A stretch of 38,049 nucleotides of DNA, from the sequence record NC_028268.1, one strand, 5' to 3'. The position numbers were made by a program, and so were the translations under genes. Positions 26,279-34,706 of this stretch are shown piece by piece; position 1 is the stretch's first letter; each line of letters opens with the position of its first letter. The notes below the pieces were generated by a model. That model saw only the letters and a list, made by a program, of their open reading frames with translations. It made no database searches and was not told where the DNA came from.

Positions 26279-26326
26279 GTGTTAGAGAATAATCAGCGAC
26301 AGATTAGGTCGATATTTCTCTAACAC
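26279..26326. repeat. Bipartite palindrome copy S14: GTGTTAGAGAA-N26-TTCTCTAACAC
   Basis: Perfect 11-bp inverted repeat; last copy seen in the genome. Confidence 0.9.
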
Positions 26327-26715
26327 GTATCATAAGCCCTAGAATTCAGTAATATTTCAAAGAGGACGCTGTATTACCAGCTATGGCTTAGCTTTTGTAT
26401 TAACTTTATGATAAGATAAACATGAGCGCTTAAATGCCGCACAGCTAGACAGCCGTCTTAACTTTGTATGAAGCTATAAATCAGACTTACCATGACAAAG
26501 GCTGGCCGCTCTGTAAGGACCTCTGTCCCCTTTAAGCTTTCTTTAATTAACTGAAAAATGATTGCCAGACTTGGCGGCTTGAGCGGGTAAACCTTTTGAT
26601 AATAAAAACGCTTTAAGATGTGTTATTTTCCTCTTTAATACCTACAGAAATGCTTTATAAGTATTTGTGTCTTAGAAGTGTATATTGAGTGTATACGGAG
26701 AGTTGGTGGATACAC

Positions 26716-26916
26716 ATGAGAGAGCGGGGAAGAGCCAAAACTAAAAGAGTTCAGGTTACATTTACACAGGAACAGTGGGAGCTGATAGAAAGATTTAGAG
26801 GCGTTATGGGCAACGATGATGCTGAGATAGTAAGGAACATAGTGCTGTCTTGGCTGGCTGAGAAGTCCGTAGTATCCTACAGGATTAAGGAGAAGGGAGG
26901 AGGTGCTGAGAGTTGA
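26716..26916 (+). CDS. Ribbon-helix-helix (CopG-like) regulator preceding the methyltransferase
   Basis: KTKRVQVTFTQEQWELIERF…DAEIVRNIV RHH pattern; ATG 26716 with GGTGGA RBS; overlaps the MTase start. Confidence 0.75.
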   Translation: MRERGRAKTKRVQVTFTQEQWELIERFRGVMGNDDAEIVRNIVLSWLAEKSVVSYRIKEKGGGAES

Positions 26917-28322
26917 GCCGATACAGCACCATTTCGCTGTTCTCTGGTGCTGGCGGGCTGGATTTAGGGTTTGTGCAGAGCGGCAGGTTTAGGATTGTCT
27001 TCGCCAACGAGATACTTCTACCAGCGGCTGTTACTTATTCCAGAAACCTAGGGCTTAGGCTGGAAGTCTGCGGGGATGAGCCTCGTGTAGAGGCGCAGCC
27101 TGGAACTATCATGGCGTGTGATGTTGCTAAGCTGGATTTCACGGGTTTATCGGGTGTTGATGCCGATGTAATCATTGGAGGCCCGCCGTGTCAGGACTTC
27201 TCTATAGTCAGGGGGCCTGACTGGGACAGGAGGGGCATAAATGTAAAAAGGGGCAGGCTTTATGCGCACTTTGTCAGAGCTCTGGCCTCTCTGCAGCCTA
27301 AGGCGTTTGTCTTTGAGAATGTTCCAGGCCTGGTTAGTGCGAACCGGGGCTTAGCTTATAAGGTGATTCTTGAGGACTTTGCAAGGCTGAGCATTAGGTG
27401 GGATGAAATAAAGAGGATTGTGTCAAGCAATGGGAACGGCGGAAAAGTGGAGGGCTACGAGATAGTCTTTACCGGAATCGTGGATTTCTCAAAACTGGGT
27501 GTTCCCCAGAAGCGTGAGAGGCTTGTAATAATAGGTTTGAGGAAGGACCTGGCCGGAGGAGGCTTTGAGACCATCTCCAGACTTAGGGCGCGCATCGATC
27601 ATGTCCTCAGCGGCAAGAGGTGGCTGCTCCACAGGTATCCGCTGACCCCTATTGAAGTCTTCGAGGGTCAGCCGCTGGACAGACTCGGTGATAAGTATAA
27701 GGAGGTTATGCTGAAGTGGGAGGGAGTCTGGGATGAGGTAGGTACTGAAAGAGCTTTTGAGTGGAAAAGAAGGGTGTGGGACAGGCTTACATTCGATATT
27801 ATAAGTGACTATCTCAGCTTTAACGGTATAAAGCATGCAGACAAGCAGGAGCTGGAGGAGGCGCTGATGCAGCATGAGGTTCTTCTTAAGGAGCTCGGAT
27901 ACTACGGCAGGCCCGTATACAGCCTTAAGCTACCTGATTCCACCACGGAGCCGCCTTATGAAGGTAAAGCGGTTGTGGAGAGAATGAAGAGGATACCGCC
28001 CGACGAGAACCACGAGTTTGTACGCGGCACCCGCTGGGAGGTAGAGGGAAGGGGGATAAGCCTTGTCTACAGAAGGATCCACCCACTCAAACCCTCATAT
28101 ACTGTAGTGGCGTACGGTGGGGGAGGAACCCACGGCTACCATTATGACCGCGACAGGGCGACACTGACTCTGAGGGAGAGAGCTAGGCTCCAAACGTTCC
28201 CTGACAGCTTTCTATTCTACGGGAAAAAGCCTGAGATCAGGGCTCAGATAGGCGAGGCTGTTCCTCCGCTTGCAGCCAAGAGAATAGCTGAAGCGCTAGC
28301 TGAGGTCCTTGATGCTGTTTAG
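26913..28322 (+). CDS. dcm: DNA (cytosine-5)-methyltransferase (probably M.ApeKI, GCWGC)
   Basis: Motif I LFSGAGG, IV GGPPCQDFS, VI FENVPGL, VIII QKRER, IX RERARLQTFPD, X QIGEAVPP. The specificity is from recall and inference only. Confidence 0.95.
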   Translation: MSRYSTISLFSGAGGLDLGFVQSGRFRIVFANEILLPAAVTYSRNLGLRLEVCGDEPRVEAQPGTIMACDVAKLDFTGLSGVDADVIIGGPPCQDFSIVRGPDWDRRGINVKRGRLYAHFVRALASLQPKAFVFENVPGLVSANRGLAYKVILEDFARLSIRWDEIKRIVSSNGNGGKVEGYEIVFTGIVDFSKLGVPQKRERLVIIGLRKDLAGGGFETISRLRARIDHVLSGKRWLLHRYPLTPIEVFEGQPLDRLGDKYKEVMLKWEGVWDEVGTERAFEWKRRVWDRLTFDIISDYLSFNGIKHADKQELEEALMQHEVLLKELGYYGRPVYSLKLPDSTTEPPYEGKAVVERMKRIPPDENHEFVRGTRWEVEGRGISLVYRRIHPLKPSYTVVAYGGGGTHGYHYDRDRATLTLRERARLQTFPDSFLFYGKKPEIRAQIGEAVPPLAAKRIAEALAEVLDAV

Positions 28323-28323
28323 A

Positions 28324-29376
28324 TCAAAGCTGGCTGATTATCCTCTCCCACTCTTCTCTTTTGCGTCTGAGAGCGCCCGAGCTTACCAGGAAATGAAGGG
28401 TCTTAGTGAATTCACCTATACCCTCGAACTCTATCTTTACGTCTCTGCGGCTCGGAATGACGCCGAGTCTCTGCAGGTGCTCGACAACAGTATTTTTGTA
28501 CACGTCTTCTTTAGGATTCCAATAGCCGATAAACTTGTTTATAACGAATTTTTTCCGCTTCATTACTCCTTCAGCTAAGAATATCGCCGTTCGGCGCCCT
28601 ATAGCGGAGCCGTATTCCCTTTTATCGAAAAACCCGGCTATGTAAGCTGGTATTCCCGTGAAGTCTGGTATTAGGTCCCAAATGCTCTCGGCTTCTCCTT
28701 CTGTTATAACGCCCAGCTCCAGGGCTCTGCTAAGCATTTTGTCTCGGATCGCGCTTATCCTCTTCAGGAAGGCTAGAAAGTGCATCCTGGTGACTCCTAC
28801 CCTCACAAGAACGAAGACGTCGCTGTGATCAACTTGCCTGTAGGGCACGTCAAGCCATATGCCTCTAAGCTTTGTCGTTTTTATGCTAACCTTGAGGTTG
28901 GGAGGCCTTCTTACCCCATCTTTTTCTACTTCCTTTATGTCAGATGGGAGAAATTCCTCGAGCGGCCCTTTCCTGTAGTCAAGCATGGCTTTGATGCCGT
29001 ACTCTCTCTCCAGCCATTTTACGAATGCCAGCTCTCCTAGAAACCCCCTGATGGTGTCGGTCCACAGTTGTCCCAGATCTCTCTGCCTCGACATGCCGTA
29101 GTCCGTTCCGGCTAGTCGAGGAGCTAAGTCTAGAGCATGCACGGCGGCCTCTAGGTAGTCATTCTCATCGAGAACTACTGTGCTCCATCTCAGCCAGTCG
29201 ATCCACTCATCTAAACTGGAGAACGCTTCTATATCGCGGCCCCGGAGGGCGCCCTCGCAGAGCGTATCGACATGTCTGGTTCTCCGTTTTATATCCTCAT
29301 ACAGAAGATATTCTCGGGGGAGCTTTCCACTATTTACTGCTCTCACTATGGCGCTTGTGCAGGTTTGCTGGTTCAA
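28324..29376 (-). CDS. Type II restriction endonuclease cognate to the MTase (possibly ApeKI)
   Basis: 350 aa, convergent with the MTase; PD-(D/E)xK-like LPSDIKE…VSIKTTK; GFLGELAF motif. Confidence 0.75.
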   Translation of the reverse strand: MNQQTCTSAIVRAVNSGKLPREYLLYEDIKRRTRHVDTLCEGALRGRDIEAFSSLDEWIDWLRWSTVVLDENDYLEAAVHALDLAPRLAGTDYGMSRQRDLGQLWTDTIRGFLGELAFVKWLEREYGIKAMLDYRKGPLEEFLPSDIKEVEKDGVRRPPNLKVSIKTTKLRGIWLDVPYRQVDHSDVFVLVRVGVTRMHFLAFLKRISAIRDKMLSRALELGVITEGEAESIWDLIPDFTGIPAYIAGFFDKREYGSAIGRRTAIFLAEGVMKRKKFVINKFIGYWNPKEDVYKNTVVEHLQRLGVIPSRRDVKIEFEGIGEFTKTLHFLVSSGALRRKREEWERIISQL

Positions 29377-29460
29377 GCTCCAGCACCTTACAGCCGCCGC
29401 ACATTTTATCCACTTTTAACAGATGTTTTTAACAGGTTTAGGCTTAGCTGGTGTCCAGCT

Positions 29461-30132
29461 GTGCTCTTTCTGGATAAAGGCAGAATCGAGGCTCTCAGGA
29501 GGAGATTGATAGAGTGGTATCGCGTGTACGGGGATAAAGATCTGCCCTGGAGGAACACTGCTGACCCCTGGGCCATTCTGGTTGCGGCGTTCCTGCTTAG
29601 AAAAACTACAGCTAGGCAGGTTGTAAGAGTGTATGAAGAATTCCTCAGGAGGTACCCCAATCCAAAGGCGCTGGCGAGTGCCAGGGAGGATGAGGTTAGA
29701 GAGCTCATCCGCCCGCTGGGCATAGAGCACCAGCGCGCCAAGCACCTGATTGAACTTGCAAAGCATATAGAAGCAAGATATGGCGGTAGGATTCCGTGCT
29801 CGAAGGAGAAGCTGAAGGAGTTGCCGGGGGTAGGGGACTACATAGCCTCAGAAGTCCTCCTAGCAGCCTGCGGCTCCCCCGAGCCGCTCCTGGACAGGAA
29901 CATGATAAGGATCCTAGAGCGAGTGCTTGGTGTGAAATCCGCTAAGAAGAGGCCTCACACAGACCCCAAAATGTGGTCTACGGCCAGGAGGATAGTGCCG
30001 AAAGACCCGGATATGGCGAAGGAGTTCAACTACGGGATGCTGGACCTGGCAAGGAAAATATGCACCGCTAGAAAGCCTCTGTGCACCGAATGCCCGTTAA
30101 ATGATATTTGTATATACTACAACAATGATTAA
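29461..30132 (+). CDS. mig: Thymine-DNA (T/G mismatch) glycosylase, Mig type, HhH-GPD family with a [4Fe-4S] cluster
   Basis: LPWR…DPW…LLRKTT (Mig-like, not the MutY QQT), HhH LPGVGDYIA, catalytic D in LDRN, and C-x6-C-x2-C-x5-C. Probable GTG start at 29461 within track ORF 29272..30132. Confidence 0.9.
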   Translation: MLFLDKGRIEALRRRLIEWYRVYGDKDLPWRNTADPWAILVAAFLLRKTTARQVVRVYEEFLRRYPNPKALASAREDEVRELIRPLGIEHQRAKHLIELAKHIEARYGGRIPCSKEKLKELPGVGDYIASEVLLAACGSPEPLLDRNMIRILERVLGVKSAKKRPHTDPKMWSTARRIVPKDPDMAKEFNYGMLDLARKICTARKPLCTECPLNDICIYYNND

Positions 30133-30178
30133 GCTATATTAGGACTGGCTGACCTCCCATATCGAATGGTGTCGAGAC

Positions 30179-30664
30179 GTGTCGAAAACGCTCGAAAGCC
30201 CTTGGATGCTTTACCGGAGGAAGGGCTCATATGGGCCTGACGTGGAAGTTGTTCTCATGATGCCTATCTCGGTTGCCATCGAGGACAAGCTGTCGCTGGA
30301 GGTAGCCTTAAGAGAGTTCGGGCAAGTCTTAAACTACTATATGACTGGTCCTTATGATGCGGTGTTCATACGCATCAACGATGTTGCCAGCGTGGATGAC
30401 AGGAGACTAGCTATTCTGGAGCGTATGGCCAGTCAGCATGGTATAGGGGTTCTTGTGGGTGGACCTCCTTATTCTGCCTTCACCGAGAGCGATGTTTTGA
30501 AGCTTCCTGCCGTTATCAGCATGAAAGGCAACCCGCTTAGAGTTTACAGGAGGGGGAGGCCGATGAGCCCGGTAATAAGGAGGGCTGGCGATTTCGAGCA
30601 GCTCATCGAATCTGCGTCTAGGTACAGAAGCTTCTTTAGGGCAGAGTCTGCTGTTGGGAGGTGA
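30179..30664 (+). CDS. Small PD-(D/E)xK-family nuclease-like protein
   Basis: GPDVE…AIEDK…FGQVLNY (PD, ExK and QxxxY motifs). Confidence 0.6.
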   Translation: MSKTLESPWMLYRRKGSYGPDVEVVLMMPISVAIEDKLSLEVALREFGQVLNYYMTGPYDAVFIRINDVASVDDRRLAILERMASQHGIGVLVGGPPYSAFTESDVLKLPAVISMKGNPLRVYRRGRPMSPVIRRAGDFEQLIESASRYRSFFRAESAVGR

Positions 30665-32103
30665 TGCTGTTGAGGAGAGGGAGGGAGAGAAGGAGGATAC
30701 CTGAACATGTTGTAACCGACCCCTTTATAGATGTGGCTTTTGTTTATTCTCTGATTAAAGATAGTGAGAGGTTAGATGTCATAAAAAGGCAGGCTCAGGT
30801 GTATGTTGATATAGGTAGTAAAGGTGTAGAGACCGCAACCTTCAAAAAGTACAAAGAGGAGGCCGCCTCTTTTATAATAGAGGCTTTCGGCGCGGTTTAT
30901 AAAAACGTTGATAAGGAGCTTGAGAGGAAGTTCGCAGGATATGATGATAAAACTGTTGCTCAAGTAAAAGCTGAGAGGGCTTGGACCAGCCTTATAGCGT
31001 TGCTTGCCTCAGCTATGCTTATGAAAAGAGCAGGAGTGGGAATTGGCTACTTTATCCCCTCGCAGTATGCTGATATTTCGAGGCTGGAGCCTATATTAAA
31101 AGTTCTAATTTATGAAAAAGCACGCTCGCGGGGAAGAGCTGCATCCCGGGTTCTTGAAGCTGCACTGAAGGATCTTGGGGTCGATAGAAAATTAGAGGAG
31201 CTGGCCGAGATAGCGCCCACCCTCTGGTGGGTTAATCTGATAATGGAAAGCGAGATTATTGAGGGCCTGCTGAAGTTCCACTATCTAACATACGTTTTTA
31301 GAGATAGGATAAACGCGTTCGTCGCTGAGGTAGAAGATACTCTCTCAACTATTGAAGAGCACCAGGCTGATTATGATTACGGAGAAATCGAAGTGCTTAA
31401 GGGACTGCTCAGCAGATGTGTAGAGCTGAGGGGCCAATACATCAATAAGTTGCAAAATGCTCTCCTCTTCATTAAAAGCCTGAGGCCCAGCGTGTTAAAA
31501 ATAGCAAAGCCCGAGCAGTGGGAATGGTTCATCAAGGATGAAACATTGACATATGCAACTATGGTATATCTTGCAGAAACCCAAAGGCTCAGCGGAGCAG
31601 GCAGGATATCCCTCAGCATAACGCGCTTGCTAGAGCCGAAGAAAGGAGTTTATGCAGGAGTAGCTTCTGCCCTCGCAAGTCTGCTTGCTCTCTCACCCGT
31701 GTTTATGCAGTACAATATAGAGGCGCGGGGAAAAGCCGTCATAACGCCAGCGGATATAGTTGTAGCTGTGCTGAGGCTCATCGGCAGGCACGGCAGGGCA
31801 AGAGACTTCACAGTCGGTGTGGAGGATGCAGTAGCAGAGATTATTCAGTTTTGGAGAGAAGCGGATATTCTGCGCAGGGTTAGCATCTATGCCGAAGAAG
31901 ATGCTACGCAGGACATGCAACACATCCTCGACTCGTTTAATGCATCTATGGCTCTGCTCCTCAGCACTGGCATAGACGGCGTTCACCCAGTTACGTCGAA
32001 GAGGGTGTTGCTTAAGCTTCCCCCTAGAATGATTGCCTATGACTCCCTCTTTGTACGTCCTAATGCGTTTTTTGAAATGGTTAGAAAGGTTTGGGGTGGA
32101 TAG
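30661..32103 (+). CDS. Hypothetical helical protein (480 aa), middle gene of a three-gene operon
   Basis: Long ORF overlapping both neighbours; no motif recognised. Confidence 0.8.
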   Translation: MMLLRRGRERRRIPEHVVTDPFIDVAFVYSLIKDSERLDVIKRQAQVYVDIGSKGVETATFKKYKEEAASFIIEAFGAVYKNVDKELERKFAGYDDKTVAQVKAERAWTSLIALLASAMLMKRAGVGIGYFIPSQYADISRLEPILKVLIYEKARSRGRAASRVLEAALKDLGVDRKLEELAEIAPTLWWVNLIMESEIIEGLLKFHYLTYVFRDRINAFVAEVEDTLSTIEEHQADYDYGEIEVLKGLLSRCVELRGQYINKLQNALLFIKSLRPSVLKIAKPEQWEWFIKDETLTYATMVYLAETQRLSGAGRISLSITRLLEPKKGVYAGVASALASLLALSPVFMQYNIEARGKAVITPADIVVAVLRLIGRHGRARDFTVGVEDAVAEIIQFWREADILRRVSIYAEEDATQDMQHILDSFNASMALLLSTGIDGVHPVTSKRVLLKLPPRMIAYDSLFVRPNAFFEMVRKVWGG

Positions 32104-33710
32104 GCGTGGAGAGAGAGGTGTGTGTTAATCAGCTACTTAAATTTTTGGACAGCATAAGGGGAAGACTGTCTTTTAGAATGGTTGAGCGTCTTTTTTCGCG
32201 CGGGCTGGATGAGAACCCTATATTTGAGGCCATAAGCAAGTCGGGGGCTTTGGCCAAAAACGTGATTATAATATTGGGCGGAAGGGGATGCGGCAAGACG
32301 CTAGTCATGAGATACATAAAGCACTACTTCGAGCCTGAGGGCTGGGATTACAAGTACTTCAGCGGAGATCAGTTTAAAGAGGCTGATGCCCAAGAGCTTA
32401 TGAAGATAATATCGGAAACAAGGGATTTGCTCGAGAACAGCGAGGATTATAAGGTGATTGTCGGCATTGATGATGTTGTGGAGGCAAGCGAAGCTATAAG
32501 AGATACAATTAAAAACCAGCTGGTGCCTTTGGTTGTGGATTATGCAGGGAGAATTAAACTCGTCATCTCAGGACAGAGCGAGCGCGTTGTTGGGACAACA
32601 ACAGTGCTCCATATATTAGAAGACACTTTGGGACGCAGTCCGAAGGCTGAAATGCTCTTCGGGGAGTACCCTGGAGAAGTACTGCGCAAGCAATTTAGAG
32701 AGAGCTACGTGAGAAAAGATCCTATAAAGCTCTTCAGAGGAGCCGCTATGATAAATCTCGATGCGTACTGGTCTAGATTCCGCTCTCTAGATATGGCTGA
32801 AGAGCTAGCTGATGTTATAGTAAGGCTGGCTGAATTTTACAAGTACAACAGCGGTGTAGGGGAGTGTGGGGAGGTCTCTGAAGAGTTATTAAAGTACAAG
32901 CGCGGGCTTGCCTTGATAGCCCTGGCAAGCCTGCCTAAAACTCTTTATCCGTACGACAAGATAGTAATAGAATATATAAGCCCGGAGCCGGATACGCCTT
33001 CCCCCGCTCTGAACGGTCTGGGCATCTCTGACCTTATCTACAAATTCATATCTGGGGAGCTGAGAGGGCTGAGTGAGGTGGCAGAGAGGCTTTACAGCCG
33101 CTTATCACAGCAACGAGTTGCAGCTGATGTCGATGATATAAAAGAGGCTATAATGGAGTCGGCCAGCGAGCTGACCTACGCCAGCGTTGTAAGAGGTGCT
33201 CTGCCTGAGGCTTTAGGGATAGAAGTGCCTGAGGCCGAGCAGGGCAGAAAGCGCAAGCCCCTTAGACCGCGCTTAGACTTCATATATATTGACAGGGAGG
33301 TAGGCGGGCAACCTTCACGTGTTAACATAATCATACATGTACTTAAGCCCGATGCTAAAGGCTATGTTGTGTCCAGCTCGCTGTATAAGCTCGCGAGACT
33401 CGTCGAGCTGAATATACCCAGCGAGGCTGAAGGGAACTATTTAGCGGTCATAGTCCCGTCGAGGGCTCATATGAGGGCGGTGTATAGATATGCAGAGATA
33501 AAGCGGATAGGCCGGGATATTCTAGTGGTGCTGGCTGACAGCTTGGGTGAACTAGACAATAGTGTTGTTAAAACATTAGCCGATAAAAATGCTTCAGAAG
33601 AGGAGCTTAGACTGCTTCGGCATATATTCTTGGGAACTGTGCTCTTCAATCTAAGGGATGACAAGAACGTTCCTCAGCTCATATACTACCTCGCACCGAC
33701 AGTTTTTTAG
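32091..33710 (+). CDS. P-loop NTPase domain protein (539 aa)
   Basis: Walker A IIILGGRGCGKT and Walker B VIVGIDD in the N-terminal third; large C-terminal region unrecognised. Confidence 0.8.
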   Translation: MGWIGVEREVCVNQLLKFLDSIRGRLSFRMVERLFSRGLDENPIFEAISKSGALAKNVIIILGGRGCGKTLVMRYIKHYFEPEGWDYKYFSGDQFKEADAQELMKIISETRDLLENSEDYKVIVGIDDVVEASEAIRDTIKNQLVPLVVDYAGRIKLVISGQSERVVGTTTVLHILEDTLGRSPKAEMLFGEYPGEVLRKQFRESYVRKDPIKLFRGAAMINLDAYWSRFRSLDMAEELADVIVRLAEFYKYNSGVGECGEVSEELLKYKRGLALIALASLPKTLYPYDKIVIEYISPEPDTPSPALNGLGISDLIYKFISGELRGLSEVAERLYSRLSQQRVAADVDDIKEAIMESASELTYASVVRGALPEALGIEVPEAEQGRKRKPLRPRLDFIYIDREVGGQPSRVNIIIHVLKPDAKGYVVSSSLYKLARLVELNIPSEAEGNYLAVIVPSRAHMRAVYRYAEIKRIGRDILVVLADSLGELDNSVVKTLADKNASEEELRLLRHIFLGTVLFNLRDDKNVPQLIYYLAPTVF

Positions 33711-33778
33711 CTATTCAGAACCCGGCTTACTTCCTTCTTTGAGCACTTCAAATTACAGAGTCCGATGTAGATTCCAAG

Positions 33779-34063
33779 CTAGGACCCTAGAACGTCCCGA
33801 CACTTTTCTAGGCACTCTGCCAGCCTCCGACCCTTCTCTGTGAGCTTTAAGGTCTTAACTCTGTAGCTTAGTGTTTCTTCTTTTACGAGTCCGGCTCTTA
33901 TTAGGCGGTCTTTGAGGCCCATGAAGAATGTTTTCTCGCTTACTCCCGAGGCTTTCACTATCTCTGCTAGGCTTGGCTCGTACCCCTTCTTTTCGAATTC
34001 CAGTAGTGTGGGGAGTATTCTTATGAGGTGTCCGAACTGTAGCCGTAGGGTCTCATCGTCCAT
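33779..34063 (-). CDS. Winged-helix (MarR-like) transcriptional regulator, candidate repressor
   Basis: PSLAEIVKASGVSEKTF…LIRAGLV…LKLTEKG wHTH; transcribed divergently from the early operon. Confidence 0.8.
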   Translation of the reverse strand: MDDETLRLQFGHLIRILPTLLEFEKKGYEPSLAEIVKASGVSEKTFFMGLKDRLIRAGLVKEETLSYRVKTLKLTEKGRRLAECLEKCRDVLGS

Positions 34064-34100
34064 ATCCTCTCCCGCCTACTAGTGTGTTTAGTTATTGTTA

Positions 34101-34202
34101 TAGAGCATACCGTCTATACTCTATCACCTATACTCTAGAGTGGTAAGCTTTATTAGGTTCCGTTATCATTCTATACTCTAGAACCTAGAGTATAGGTGAT
34201 AG
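34101..34202. promoter_or_regulatory. Divergent control region: perfect 18-bp inverted repeat (34121-34138 / 34185-34202) and multiple CTATACTCTA boxes
   Basis: CTATCACCTATACTCTAG versus CTAGAGTATAGGTGATAG; CTATACTCTAG-AAC-CTAGAGTATAG at 34171-34195; further boxes at 34114 and 34101 (degenerate). Confidence 0.75.
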
Positions 34203-34448
34203 GTGTTGGGTGGGGTTCGCCTTATTACCCCCGCGGCTCAGATTCTCCTTGCACTAGCTAGGGCCGACTCTCCTCTGAGCTATGGAGAGATAGTAGAGAT
34301 AACGGGGCTCCCGCCTGCAACCGTTGACCTGAACGTCAAGAAGCTACTAGCTGAGGGTTTGGTTGAGAGGCGTGGTAGGAGGTATGTGCTGACTGCTGCT
34401 GGCCGGGCTAGGGTTGAGAGTTTGATTGCTGAGGTTGTCGGGGGGTGA
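34203..34448 (+). CDS. Winged-helix regulator (ArsR/MarR-like)
   Basis: PLSYGEIVEITGLPPATVDLNVKKLLAEGLVERRGRRYVLT. Confidence 0.8.
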   Translation: MLGGVRLITPAAQILLALARADSPLSYGEIVEITGLPPATVDLNVKKLLAEGLVERRGRRYVLTAAGRARVESLIAEVVGG

Positions 34449-34454
34449 CTGGCT

Positions 34455-34706
34455 GTGGCTAAGATTGTTGTTTATAGTGTTGAGGAGTTTAGGCGGGCTC
34501 TGTCTAGGCTTGCCCGTCCTCAGACTCATGTTATCGTCTCTGACGGGGCTACGAGTATAGTTGCGGTTCCTAGGACTACCTCTCGCCACAGGCACTACCT
34601 CCAGTATTCCAGCACTAGCGTGGAGGAGATCGGCAGTCTCGTGGAGCATGCTAGGAGGGAGGGGTTCGAGGTTATCCTGGGTCATGTGCAGGAGGTGGCT
34701 GGCTAG
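34455..34706 (+). CDS. Hypothetical protein (83 aa)
   Basis: ORF track; RBS GGGGGTGA upstream; tightly packed in the operon. Confidence 0.7.
   Translation: MAKIVVYSVEEFRRALSRLARPQTHVIVSDGATSIVAVPRTTSRHRHYLQYSSTSVEEIGSLVEHARREGFEVILGHVQEVAG

Noticed and set aside
317-26326. Palindromes as a CRISPR mini-array or TIGR-like guide array
   Set aside because: Copies are dispersed rather than tandem, the arms are inverted rather than direct repeats, and no Cas or Nop-domain gene is visible. Spacer targets remain untested.
317-26326. Palindromes as MITEs or invertible segments
   Set aside because: Internal sequences are unrelated, there are no consistent target-site duplications, no transposase is present, and 25 bp is too short for normal invertase synapsis.
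29272-29460. N-terminal extension of the Mig ORF in the track
   Set aside because: It overlaps the REase start on the opposite strand and an AT-rich promoter region; Mig homology begins near GTG 29461.
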